From contig CBDVDR010000008.1 in NCBI GenBank assembly GCA_965372795.1, positions 64,001-128,000 of the forward strand: a DNA stretch of 64,000 nt, written 5' to 3'. The stretch is from an uncultured bacterium. Its GTDB lineage: Bacteria; Zixibacteria; MSB-5A5; GN15; FEB-12. Below the pieces are notes generated by a model. That model saw only the letters and a program-made list of their open reading frames with translations. It ran no database searches and had not been told where the DNA came from. A program made the translations under genes and the position numbers. Of this stretch, positions 1 through 9,568 are shown one piece after another (the first letter of the stretch is position 1; every line of letters begins with the position of its first letter).

Positions 1-79
1 GGATGCGGAGTTTCCTGTTAAGACATAACAGTCTGTATCCGAAGATAATTATAACAAACAAACTTTAAGGAAATTTAGC

Positions 80-871
80 ATGAAAAAACAGGTAATTATT
101 TTCATTACCTTGCTGCTCGTATTACCTTTTGTATTCAACGGATGTAACATCTTTGGGTGGACCGGTGGCGAAAGCACCGACTCACTAATTGATGATGGTA
201 ATAAAGAGATGCGCGATGGCAATTATGAAGCTGCTTTAGAAAAATTCGCTCAGGCAGTTGCAGAAGACTCACTTCATTCCGATGCCCTTTATTTTCACGC
301 AAAGGCAACAATGTATGCCGCTAATTTTAATGTATTAAGGTTAGCCACCATGATGTCAGATGCTGACTATTTTTCAGATCAGGATTTGCCGTTCATGGGA
401 CCGGAATGGAAAGCAGACAACAGCTTTGAGGCAAATAATCTTTATACATCAATTTGTATTGTTTACAATGATCTCAACCCAATTTTTTACGGAAAGACTC
501 ATGGTACTCTGGACAGTAATGATATAGATCTGGAATATGCAATCGCCCTCGCAATTAATGGGCTTCTTTTATTCCAGGATACAAATGCCGATGGTGTGAT
601 TAATGGTGCCGATTTTAACCTGGATATTATTTTTGATTCTATTAACGATGATTTTGAAATCGATAATTTTACCGAGTTTGTCAACAATTATTCAGATAAA
701 GAGCGCCAGGAATTTTTCGAAGCAATTGGTTCTTTAATAACTGAATCCGGTGATATTATTATAAGTATTATTGAATCAAAGATTGATTCAACCGAAGGCG
801 GATTTGATACCGAAGAAATCGAAGATTTACTGGATGAAATCGATGAAATTATCGCCACTTACGGTGGTTGA
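80..871 (+). CDS. Acidic lipoprotein with N-terminal TPR-like segment and an EF-hand-like loop
   Basis: Signal peptide with lipobox-like FNGC; TPR-like GNYEAALEKF..A; DTNADGVINGAD loop; SD AAGGA upstream. Confidence 0.6.
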   Translation: MKKQVIIFITLLLVLPFVFNGCNIFGWTGGESTDSLIDDGNKEMRDGNYEAALEKFAQAVAEDSLHSDALYFHAKATMYAANFNVLRLATMMSDADYFSDQDLPFMGPEWKADNSFEANNLYTSICIVYNDLNPIFYGKTHGTLDSNDIDLEYAIALAINGLLLFQDTNADGVINGADFNLDIIFDSINDDFEIDNFTEFVNNYSDKERQEFFEAIGSLITESGDIIISIIESKIDSTEGGFDTEEIEDLLDEIDEIIATYGG

Positions 872-887
872 GAATATAGGAGAAAAA

Positions 888-1988
888 ATGAAATATTTTC
901 AATATACAGTTAAGATTCTAATAATTGGCGTGATGGTCTTGTGCCTTAGCGGACCAAAAACATCAGCCGAGGTACCTAATGTGAATTTCCAGGATGTTCG
1001 CGCTCTGGGAATGGGTGGAGCCGGGCTAACAACAATCGATGGTTTTAGTTCTCTCATTTACAATCCGGCATCATTAGCCAAAGCCGAATTTGGACTTGAG
1101 ATTATCAATGTTCAGGCAAATATGAGTAAAGATATTATCGATTTAATCGATTTTATTGATGATAATGAAGATGTCTTCGATGATTTTGATATCCTGACCG
1201 ATGAAGAACAAGAACAACTTTTGAAAGATATGGATAAATTTGATAACAACAGTATTGGAGTCGGTGTTTATCCAAAAATCGGAGTCGTTTTCAAAGGTGT
1301 TGCATTTGGTGTGTATGGCACAGGCAATGTTGATTTTAAATTAGATAAGGGTATTTTTGATCCGAAAATTTTTGCAATCGGTCATGTCGATGTTGTTTAT
1401 TCAGCCGGTTATGGAACAAAACTTCCCCTTGGAATAATTGGATTTCTGCCAAATGATCTTTATGTCGGCGGAGCTTTAAAAATTATAAATAGAAGTTTTG
1501 TTAACTACAAAAGTGCCGCCTCGGATGCTGATTTTGAAACCGTACTTGACAGTCTTGAAGAAAATGAAACCAACGGGTTTGGTGTTGATCTTGGCGCACT
1601 TTATGAAGTGATCCCGGAGAAATTAACAGTTGGTTTGAAAGTTACCGATATTCTTTCGGATATTGGTGATGAAAAAATGCCAATGATTGTCAACATAGGA
1701 GCATCGCTCAAACTTAACGAGGCTCTGCTTCTTTCGGCTGATTATAATGATTTCTTCATGCACCGAGGTGCCAGTTTCTTTAATCGTTTATATCTTGGCG
1801 GAGAATATTCACTTGGTAATATTCTATTAGCCCGGGCAGGCTTTGCTCAGGGTTATCCGTCAGTCGGCGCCGGATTAAATCTGGGTGCAATACAGATTGA
1901 CGGTGCGATCTATGGTATTGAAAAATCCAAATCACCTGGTGGTGACGGCGATTATAACTATTCGGTTCGTTTAAAAATCGGCTGGTAG
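888..1988 (+). CDS. Outer-membrane beta-barrel protein (TraF-2/FadL/PorV-like)
   Basis: Signal peptide, RALGMGGA and YNPA motifs, amphipathic strands, C-terminal W; ATG at 888 after AGGAG. Confidence 0.65.
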   Translation: MKYFQYTVKILIIGVMVLCLSGPKTSAEVPNVNFQDVRALGMGGAGLTTIDGFSSLIYNPASLAKAEFGLEIINVQANMSKDIIDLIDFIDDNEDVFDDFDILTDEEQEQLLKDMDKFDNNSIGVGVYPKIGVVFKGVAFGVYGTGNVDFKLDKGIFDPKIFAIGHVDVVYSAGYGTKLPLGIIGFLPNDLYVGGALKIINRSFVNYKSAASDADFETVLDSLEENETNGFGVDLGALYEVIPEKLTVGLKVTDILSDIGDEKMPMIVNIGASLKLNEALLLSADYNDFFMHRGASFFNRLYLGGEYSLGNILLARAGFAQGYPSVGAGLNLGAIQIDGAIYGIEKSKSPGGDGDYNYSVRLKIGW

Positions 1989-2041
1989 CCGAAGTATTGT
2001 GTGATTATAAGTTACTAACAAAATTTATAATAAAATAAAAA

Positions 2042-2067
2042 CCGCCGTCCCTATACAGGGACGGCGG
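2042..2067. terminator. GC-rich hairpin between convergent genes
   Basis: CCGCCGTCCCT-ATAC-AGGGACGGCGG preceded by an A-tract (U-tract on - strand). Confidence 0.7.
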
Positions 2068-2131
2068 AATCACAAAGGAGACCAGATAGAGGGAGAAAAA
2101 TTTGTAATACTAAATTAGTTTTTCCTTCTTC

Positions 2132-2659
2132 TTAGTTCTCCCGGTTCTCCTGTGTTAAGGCAACACAAATAATTCCCAGATCATTTTTCAAAAGCTCAAA
2201 ATATTTACTTAACTGTTGTTCACGGTTGACAAAGTTATCTTTACGCTGCAATTGCAAAAATATTTTTTCCTTAGCCATTGTTGATGCATAAGCTGTTTTT
2301 AATTTACTCTCTTTGCCAACATTTTTTGTTTTAGTCATATCGTTAGAAGACTGTATCCACTTGGATTGCTTTTCATAATATCTTAATCGTTCACGACTTG
2401 AAGCTATATCATGATTTATAATTTTGAGAACTCGTTGATGGAAATTGCTTGTCTTTGTAATTTTGCGACTTAAACAGGCATCTTTCCAAAGTTCATAGCC
2501 ATATTGGAGTTTTTTATAAGTTAACGATGTTTGTTCAAGATCATAATCGTCTAATAAAATCAATTCATCAGACGAACTCGTTTGAATTGTTTCTCCTGCT
2601 GAAACCAAAGAAAATCCCGCCAAAACTATCACTCCCAAAATTACAGAAAATCTTAACAT
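2132..2659 (-). CDS. Hypothetical secreted helical protein
   Basis: ATG at 2659 with SD-like GGGAAGG; signal peptide MLRFSVILGVIVLAGFSLVSA. Confidence 0.55.
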   Translation of the reverse strand: MLRFSVILGVIVLAGFSLVSAGETIQTSSSDELILLDDYDLEQTSLTYKKLQYGYELWKDACLSRKITKTSNFHQRVLKIINHDIASSRERLRYYEKQSKWIQSSNDMTKTKNVGKESKLKTAYASTMAKEKIFLQLQRKDNFVNREQQLSKYFELLKNDLGIICVALTQENREN

Positions 2660-2860
2660 TCTAAATGCCTTCCCTTTTTGTTGTTCCACCTGCCTATAAC
2701 ACAAAAGTTATGCCAAAACTTATTTGGCTGAATAACAATAAGATAGGCGAATTAATGGATTAAAGAATTATGGGAATTTTTTGAAAGTATGGGAAGGCTC
2801 CCATACTGAATTATTGAAAAATGCGTTGACTATAGTAAATCAATATAGAGGTTACGCCTC

Positions 2861-3799
2861 CTATTTATTTTGTTTTTTATATTCAGAGGTAATTAGATTC
2901 AACATTTGAAAACCCATGGTAGAATCAGCATCAAAAAGAAAGCTCAGGATTGAGTCCGCCTGAGGGACAAAACCGTTTAATGAGTATGAGGCACCAAGTC
3001 CAATCCACCCGGCGTAATATAGAGAATCCTGTGAGACAATATATTTAAAGCCTTCTATCGCCGGCGAATATTCCTGATCGTAAAAATATATTAAAGCTAA
3101 TGATTGCATACAGTCACGGTAATTTTGGCGGTAAGTGAGCGCTTTTTTATAGTTACTAATAGCTTCATCTTTTTTCCCAAGATCCTGTTTGATTCTTCCC
3201 AGAAAATAAAACAGCTCGGAGTCTTTTCCCTTGGCAGCGACAGATTTTTCAAAATAAAATTCAGCACTGTCTAATTTTTTTAAGCCTGCAAATGATGATC
3301 CTAATGAAAATAGAGTAATGGCATTATTGGGCATAATCGAATCAGCTTTATGCAGGATTTCAATCGCCATATCTATTTGCCCGCCTTTAGCATATTCCCG
3401 TCCAAGATTTGATAGATAAACCGGGTTGTACGGTTCCAGTCCGACCGCTTTTTTAAAAAATTGAATAGCTTGATTCGGATTATTTTCATTACTGTATATG
3501 GCGCCGAGATTGTTATTTAGATCAGCATCAACAGAATTTATCTTAAAAGCTTTCAGGAATAAATCTTTGGCTAATTCCTGATTACCCACCGCAGAATGAG
3601 CAACACCTAAATTTCTCATGGCAGAAAAATGATCCGGTCTTAACTTGAGAGCGTTTTTATAATTATCTATCGCTTTTTGATAATCTTTATCGGTTAAACC
3701 CTTGCCGCCTTTTTGAAGGTATATCTGCAGGGAGTCAGCCGCGTTTATTGAAGCAGCTAATAAGAGAATTGATGTAAATATTATTAATAATTTTTTCAT
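2861..3799 (-). CDS. Secreted tetratricopeptide-repeat protein
   Basis: Signal peptide and multiple TPR repeats (NNLGAIY, SNLGREY, FSLGSSF). Confidence 0.8.
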   Translation of the reverse strand: MKKLLIIFTSILLLAASINAADSLQIYLQKGGKGLTDKDYQKAIDNYKNALKLRPDHFSAMRNLGVAHSAVGNQELAKDLFLKAFKINSVDADLNNNLGAIYSNENNPNQAIQFFKKAVGLEPYNPVYLSNLGREYAKGGQIDMAIEILHKADSIMPNNAITLFSLGSSFAGLKKLDSAEFYFEKSVAAKGKDSELFYFLGRIKQDLGKKDEAISNYKKALTYRQNYRDCMQSLALIYFYDQEYSPAIEGFKYIVSQDSLYYAGWIGLGASYSLNGFVPQADSILSFLFDADSTMGFQMLNLITSEYKKQNK

Positions 3800-3880
3800 A
3801 ATTTATATATCGGTTATACAGTTAGTTTCCTAATCCATTCCATGAAATTGTGATTTCCCTGAAATATTGATTTTAAAATA

Positions 3881-3913
3881 AAATAAACGGCTTGATTATC
3901 AAGCCGTTTATTT
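3881..3913 (-). terminator. Intrinsic terminator after rex
   Basis: AAATAAACGGCTTGAT-T-ATCAAGCCGTTTATTT inverted repeat. Confidence 0.7.
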
Positions 3914-3974
3914 CTTAAGCCGGAAGGCGCTTAAAAGAGGTATCCTTCGTTTCATCCTTGAACAAAGGTTTTAT

Positions 3975-4643
3975 CTATTTAACCCTTTTAGGGGTATGAT
4001 TGTTCACCATTGCAAAAGATAAATATTCCAATTCCATAGACATATTTTCATTTCTTAAATGAACATCAACCGGAACTTTTAAATTCACAGGAGCAAAATT
4101 CAGAATGGACTTAACTCCCGCACTGATAACATCATCGACGATATATTGCGCAACAGTAGCCGGTACGGCTAAGACAACAATTTCGATCCCATCCTCGGCA
4201 AGTTCCTTTTCGAGATTACTGATATCTGAAACAATAATACCCTTATGGTTCGAGCCAATTTTGCGTTGATCGTTATCGAACAATTTTACTATTTTAAAGC
4301 CTTGTCGCATAAATTCTTTGTAGCTGACTAACGCTGAACCAATATTACCGATACCGATTAGAGCAACTTTCCATCGTTTGTCAATGCCCAGGATTGAAGC
4401 AATTTTCTTTTTCAATTCCAGAACCGGATAGCCAAGCCCGCGAGTCCCAAATGAACCAAAAAATGAAAGGTCTTTTCTGACTTGAGCAGGAGTAAGCCGC
4501 TCTCTTTTAGCAAGTTCTTTGGAGGAAACCGTTTCGTAATTTTCTTTTTCCAACAATGACAAAGCCCGATAGTACAAAGACAAGCGATGGATAGTCGATT
4601 CTGATATTCTTTTTTTCAAAATTGTTCTTTCGGCACCATTCAT
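3975..4643 (-). CDS. rex: Redox-sensing transcriptional repressor Rex
   Basis: TIHRLSLYYRAL, QVRKDLSFFGSFGTRGLGY, GIGNIG Rossmann motif, ILNFAP; start uncertain. Confidence 0.95.
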   Translation of the reverse strand: MNGAERTILKKRISESTIHRLSLYYRALSLLEKENYETVSSKELAKRERLTPAQVRKDLSFFGSFGTRGLGYPVLELKKKIASILGIDKRWKVALIGIGNIGSALVSYKEFMRQGFKIVKLFDNDQRKIGSNHKGIIVSDISNLEKELAEDGIEIVVLAVPATVAQYIVDDVISAGVKSILNFAPVNLKVPVDVHLRNENMSMELEYLSFAMVNNHTPKRVK

Positions 4644-4687
4644 AAGCAAACCCTCTAATTGTATAAGAATTTAAATATAATTATTCT

Positions 4688-4705
4688 ATGTGAAATGCTT
4701 CACAA
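4688..4705. promoter_or_regulatory. Rex operator upstream of rex
   Basis: ATGTGAAATGCTTCACAA, one mismatch to TTGTGAA-N4-TTCACAA. Confidence 0.8.
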
Positions 4706-4735
4706 AAAATAATACCATTTAGTCAAAATTAAGTC

Positions 4736-4753
4736 AAGTGAAATTTTTAACAA
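4736..4753. promoter_or_regulatory. Second, degenerate Rex operator upstream of rex
   Basis: AAGTGAAATTTTTAACAA. Confidence 0.5.
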
Positions 4754-4826
4754 GATATCGGACAAATGCTGTCGTTCTTAATCTGTTTATTATAATTTAA
4801 AAAACTAATTTACATAGTATTACTTA

Positions 4827-5993
4827 TTATTTACTAATTTGACGTAGTATTTGAGAATTAATACAGGCCAGAGTTTCATAATTTATGGACCCTGATAATC
4901 CCGCAAGTTGTTCTACTGTAATAGATTCTGAATTGTCAGAGCCGATCAGGGTGACCTCATCACCGATTTTTACACCTTTGATATCGGTTATGTCAACCAT
5001 TGTCAGGTTCATGCAAATCCGTCCCCGAATCGGGGCTCTTTTCCCATTTATCAACATATAAGCCAAATTAGATAAATTTCGGTCATAGCCATCGCTGTAG
5101 CCAACCGGAATAATCGCCAAAGTAGTCGGCGTGGTGGTGCGATAGGTACAGCCGTAGCCGATAAAACTGTCGGCTGAGAGTTTTTTGATCTGGGTAATTC
5201 TTGATTTTAAGCTTAAAACGGGGCTAAAAAGGTTGTTCTCGCCACCTTCAAGGCGGTAGGACAAATAAGTTTCTTTTGAGGGCCAGTGCCCATAAGCTGA
5301 AATTCCCGGTCTTACCAGATCAAAACGGGTTTTTTCAAACAGGATCAGAGCTGCCGATGAGGCGGTATGCCTGATTTTTGGTTTAATTTTTAATTTTTCC
5401 ATTTTCTGAATCAGGGCTTTAAAACATTTGAGTTGTTGTTCAGCGTATTCATGATTGGTGGTGTCTTCGATATTGGCAAAATGCATCGAGGCGCCATAAG
5501 GCTTATCCAAAGATTTGTATTTTTTATATATTTTTGCAAATTCCGGAAGTTCTTTTTCAGTTATTCCCTGTCGGTTGGTTCCGGTTTCGAGTTTTAGATG
5601 AGTTTTTATCGGAGTTCCAAGTTTGTCGCCGGCTTTACCCAAATCGGTTAAGCTTTGACTGGTAAAAACTGTCGGTTCGATATCATAATGAAAAATATCA
5701 TTGACTTCCTCTTTCAGAAAGGGACCCAGCAGCAGAATTTTTCGATCCCAGCCGGCAAATCGCGCCTGGATTGCCTCGGACATCTCATGGACGGTGATAT
5801 ATTCCACTGATTTTTCAGAGTTCAACATCGTGACGATTTGGGAGAGTCCATGACCGTAGGCATTAGCTTTGACCGAGACAGCGACGGGTCGGTTATTGGC
5901 AAGTTTGACCAGTGACTGGATATTTTTTCTGAAGGCTGATTGTGACAGTTCAATCCATTTGAGGTGGCGGGTCTGTTTTGATATTTTTTTCAT
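4827..5993 (-). CDS. alr: Alanine racemase
   Basis: VKANAYGHG PLP motif, HLKLETGTNRQG, RPGISAYG, GRICMN. Confidence 0.95.
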   Translation of the reverse strand: MKKISKQTRHLKWIELSQSAFRKNIQSLVKLANNRPVAVSVKANAYGHGLSQIVTMLNSEKSVEYITVHEMSEAIQARFAGWDRKILLLGPFLKEEVNDIFHYDIEPTVFTSQSLTDLGKAGDKLGTPIKTHLKLETGTNRQGITEKELPEFAKIYKKYKSLDKPYGASMHFANIEDTTNHEYAEQQLKCFKALIQKMEKLKIKPKIRHTASSAALILFEKTRFDLVRPGISAYGHWPSKETYLSYRLEGGENNLFSPVLSLKSRITQIKKLSADSFIGYGCTYRTTTPTTLAIIPVGYSDGYDRNLSNLAYMLINGKRAPIRGRICMNLTMVDITDIKGVKIGDEVTLIGSDNSESITVEQLAGLSGSINYETLACINSQILRQISK

Positions 5994-6170
5994 TGGTTTA
6001 ATTTATACAATCTGATGGGGGAGAGGCAACAAGTTTTATTTGGGGGGTGAGATCATGATCAAATTATTATTTATTTGCTGAAATAGAAATAATATTATAG
6101 ATTAATGTATCAACTTCTAAATCACGCAGGAGGATAAATTAGGTGAAAATGCGTAAAAGTAATTACTTAT

Positions 6171-6360
6171 CCCACCCCAAGGGGTGGGGCACCCGAATTG
6201 ATGATAAAGAAAAATAAGTCTTGATTGTCGAAACCACAGGGGTTTCGACCTACTCATATTGATTCGAATTATAAAAATGTGGCGGGGGATAATTCCTCCT
6301 TATTCAAGCCTTAATCATGACTGGAACTACGCGTGCGCGAGGATGACACACTTCGTGTGT
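6171..6360. repeat. Cluster of REP-like palindromes
   Basis: CCCACCCC-AA-GGGGTGGG (6171-6188); GTCGAAACC-ACAGG-GGTTTCGAC-CTAC (6227-6253, GTAG-led on - strand); GTCATCCTCGCGCACGCG on - strand (6330-6347). Confidence 0.5.
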
Positions 6361-6396
6361 TTTATTTAATCAAAAAATCTTACAGCAGTTCAATTT

Positions 6397-6879
6397 TTAC
6401 AGGAGTTCGTCTTTCATATGGCTGATGATTTCCATGTGGCCTTCTTCGATTCGAGCCAGAGAACTAAACATCTTCTTACCGTCATCGGTAGAAACCCGCT
6501 TTGCCGCTGAATTAAACATCTCAAATGCTTCGACCTCAAGCCGATAAGCGATGTCTAAAATTTCTTCGATAGAGTCGGTTTCGGTCACTTCTTTAATAAG
6601 AGCGCTGTGAACTTCGTTCATTTCTTCGTTTATTTCCGGCAAGCCTTCTTGTTTCAGAATATCAGTAGTGGAAATCCATTTTTCACTGCGAACCATGGCG
6701 TCGAATTTTTTCTCGAGAATCATATAATGATCTTTTTCTTCGTAAGCCAATTTTTCCAACGGTTCTTTAATTTTTTCAGCTAAGGTTGACTGGGAAGCTT
6801 TCAGATAAAAAATATAACTGGCAACTTCCGCCTGCATTCCGGCGGTTAAGGCTTCAAGTATTTCAGGATTTGCGCCCAT
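6397..6879 (-). CDS. Ferritin-like/rubrerythrin family diiron protein
   Basis: Two E...ExxH units (EEKDH, EEGH) in a four-helix pattern. Confidence 0.85.
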   Translation of the reverse strand: MGANPEILEALTAGMQAEVASYIFYLKASQSTLAEKIKEPLEKLAYEEKDHYMILEKKFDAMVRSEKWISTTDILKQEGLPEINEEMNEVHSALIKEVTETDSIEEILDIAYRLEVEAFEMFNSAAKRVSTDDGKKMFSSLARIEEGHMEIISHMKDELL

Positions 6880-7071
6880 GATTTTTCCTTTAATCTATAT
6901 CTGTTCCAAATTTACTAAACTATCAGATCTAAGTTACATAATCAATTTTGGTAGTCAAGAGAGTAATGTCAAATATCGTCTGAATATATTTTGTCGTACC
7001 CGGTTAAGCCTGAGTCACTTAAACCGGATGGGATACAAAACATTAATTGTAATATTTCGCATTAGAATAAT

Positions 7072-7098
7072 TAAGTTATCTCGCCTTAAATCCGATAA
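7072..7098 (+). promoter_or_regulatory. Sigma-28-like promoter
   Basis: TAAG-N15-TCCGATAA versus consensus TAAA-N15-GCCGATAA. Confidence 0.6.
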
Positions 7099-7137
7099 AT
7101 AAAGTTATAGGAACGATAAACATAGCGAGGTACCCTA

Positions 7138-8313
7138 ATGGGAAATTTTGGATTATTAGATTTTCTGTCTAACAGTTTTAAGAACCAGTATCAAAATCTG
7201 CTTAACAAAATAAACGCATCACAAAATTATAAGCCGACCTTACGGCAAGCAGAACCAGAAACAACTTCAACACCGCTGAATTCAGATTCTTACACGCCCT
7301 CACCTGATGCTCTTGCCCAAGCCGCCCAGCAGGAAAAACCGGCAACGACCGCACCAGTTGCAACCGAGGATGTTAAACCGGAAGATTCAGCAGAAGTTAA
7401 TCCTGATGCTGCACCCGAAGACGCTCCTGTAAATCCGGCGATGATGCCGGATGGTACCTATTCGTTTGAGCGGATGTCGCGTCTTGATTATAGTATGGAT
7501 CTTCGCTTTAATCTTAGCACCTTTACCCAGACGGTTGAGAGTATTGCTAATGGTGAGGTGCAATCTCTTGAAGAGTTTGCATTCGCCGGATTTGGTCTTT
7601 CGGCTGATTTGAACTTCAAAGGAAGCCAGGCGATAGTAACAAATTCCGATAGTGCACCAAACGAACGGTCAACAATGGTCAACAAATCATTTGGGCGGGC
7701 GGGGATGGCACAAAAGTTTGCGGCCAACAGTCGCAATTTTGCGCTTAATTCATTTTATAAAGAAGCAACTCAAATTGGTCGATCAAGCAAAGTTATTGAT
7801 AACGGTACTCACCGGATGACTATTAACAAAATAGGCTTACGTTACAAACTTGACAGTAATTTCAGTTTTTCATTCCTGAATAAATTTAATGTTCAGACCG
7901 AACAGATGGCTCTTCGGTCACCTGAGGCGGTTAATAATTATATTTCATCAGCCGGTAATGTGGCAGAGTCCGGGACCAGTGAAATGATGGCATCATTCTT
8001 TGGTGCTGTTGACGGATATTTGAATCAGGCTGAACAAGACCTGATTAACCGTGCCGGAGAGTTTTTTGATCTGGCAACGGAAGAACTTGGATTTAGCGGT
8101 GAAATAGTTCAGTTTGCCAAAGAGAACTTTGTGGCAACGATCAGCGGATTTTTTGATCGGGTTGATACCGCCATAGCAGAATTGAGTTCACAATATGCTC
8201 CTCAGGTTGGATTTTCTACCCCGGTTACTGAAAGTGCAGCAGAGGTTCCGATTCCTAAAGATGATTTTAATCCGGCTGTTCAAAGCGATGCCACCCAATT
8301 GGCAACCGCTTAA
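7138..8313 (+). CDS. Hypothetical protein with Pro/Ala/Glu-rich N-terminus (C-terminal part possibly DUF5610-like)
   Basis: 391-aa ORF, SD GAGGT; family link is tentative. Confidence 0.55.
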   Translation: MGNFGLLDFLSNSFKNQYQNLLNKINASQNYKPTLRQAEPETTSTPLNSDSYTPSPDALAQAAQQEKPATTAPVATEDVKPEDSAEVNPDAAPEDAPVNPAMMPDGTYSFERMSRLDYSMDLRFNLSTFTQTVESIANGEVQSLEEFAFAGFGLSADLNFKGSQAIVTNSDSAPNERSTMVNKSFGRAGMAQKFAANSRNFALNSFYKEATQIGRSSKVIDNGTHRMTINKIGLRYKLDSNFSFSFLNKFNVQTEQMALRSPEAVNNYISSAGNVAESGTSEMMASFFGAVDGYLNQAEQDLINRAGEFFDLATEELGFSGEIVQFAKENFVATISGFFDRVDTAIAELSSQYAPQVGFSTPVTESAAEVPIPKDDFNPAVQSDATQLATA

Positions 8314-8341
8314 GGTAATATGAACTAAATTAGGGTTTACG

Positions 8342-8581
8342 ATGCGAATTCATGACGAAGACAACGACCAGACTTTAAAAAATGCATCCATATATTTGAC
8401 AACCTCAGAAGCTGCCGAACTTGTGGGGTTTCTGGTTGATATGATAAAAAAGCCGAACGTTAAGAGCGGTTTTGTCAGCGATCCTGATTTTGAACATAAT
8501 CTAAAAGTTTATGTTTATAATCAATATGAACAATCAGGGTTTAATCAACGACAAAAAGAAATTATCGAACAGGACAGCTAA
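8342..8581 (+). CDS. Small hypothetical protein
   Basis: 79-aa ORF filling the gap, plausible composition. Confidence 0.55.
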   Translation: MRIHDEDNDQTLKNASIYLTTSEAAELVGFLVDMIKKPNVKSGFVSDPDFEHNLKVYVYNQYEQSGFNQRQKEIIEQDS

Positions 8582-8626
8582 AATTTATCTTGTTCTTATG
8601 CCATAATGTTTCAATATTCCAATTAA

Positions 8627-9313
8627 ATGAAAGAATTGATTTCCAAAAACCTGGTGGAACTTCACGGGCGAATTGCTGAAGCCTGTGAAAAGTATGATCG
8701 TGATACCGATGATATTGAAGTTTTAGCCGTAACTAAAACTCATCCATCCTCTATCATAAATATAACTGTTTCAGCCGGGCTGCATAATATTGGTGAAAGC
8801 CGCGTGCAGGAAGCCGAAGAAAAATTTAAAGAGATTGGTCGAATTGCCCGTTTTCATCTGATCGGTCATTTACAAAGCAACAAAGTAAAAAAAGCGGTTG
8901 AGTTGTTTGATGTTATTCAATCGGTGGATACTTTTAAACTTGCCAAACTAATCAATAATGAAGCGATCAAAAAAGATTTTACAATCGATTGTTTACTTCA
9001 GATAAATTGTTCCGGTGAAGATCAAAAATTCGGCGCTCAGCCTGATGATTGTCTGGAGTTAATCAAACAAGTAAATAATTTAGATTCAGTTAAATTAATC
9101 GGTCTTATGACAATCGGTCCGTTTGTCGAAGATGAAGAGCAAATTCGTGCTACCTATCGAAAATGTTATGATCTGTTCAAACAAGGCAAAGATATAGTCG
9201 GGCAGGAATTTGATACTCTGTCAATGGGGATGTCAAATGACTTCGAACTGGCTATTGCCGAAGGAGCAACCATGATTCGGGTCGGCAGTACCCTTTTTGG
9301 TCCCCGAAAGTAA
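8627..9313 (+). CDS. yggS: YggS-family PLP homeostasis protein
   Basis: LAVTKT, GESRVQE, HLIGHLQSNKVK, LSMGMSNDFELAIAEGATMIRVG. Confidence 0.95.
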   Translation: MKELISKNLVELHGRIAEACEKYDRDTDDIEVLAVTKTHPSSIINITVSAGLHNIGESRVQEAEEKFKEIGRIARFHLIGHLQSNKVKKAVELFDVIQSVDTFKLAKLINNEAIKKDFTIDCLLQINCSGEDQKFGAQPDDCLELIKQVNNLDSVKLIGLMTIGPFVEDEEQIRATYRKCYDLFKQGKDIVGQEFDTLSMGMSNDFELAIAEGATMIRVGSTLFGPRK

Positions 9314-9568
9314 GTTCGGTAACTTCGTTACGATGTAATTCCCTGTTCCTATTTTCCCTTTTTTACATATCCCATCCGTTATATTTCTTATATGTTGTTG
9401 ATAACAGCCGGTTTGGTCAACTTTCTTTTCATGAAAAATATTCAAATAGCCTGTTAAGTATTTTCACAAAAGTTACGATATAATTATTAAGTGTTTCGAT
9501 TTGAAACTATCAATCGGGACAAAAGTAGACACGGAAGGATAAATAAATAAAACATAAGTGAGTGAATT

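Noticed and set aside
771..887. Extended start of the beta-barrel ORF
   Set aside because: Overlaps the upstream lipoprotein; SD and signal peptide point to ATG 888.
6878..7102. 74-aa ORF between divergent genes
   Set aside because: Spans the promoter region, starts inside the ferritin gene start and has no motif.
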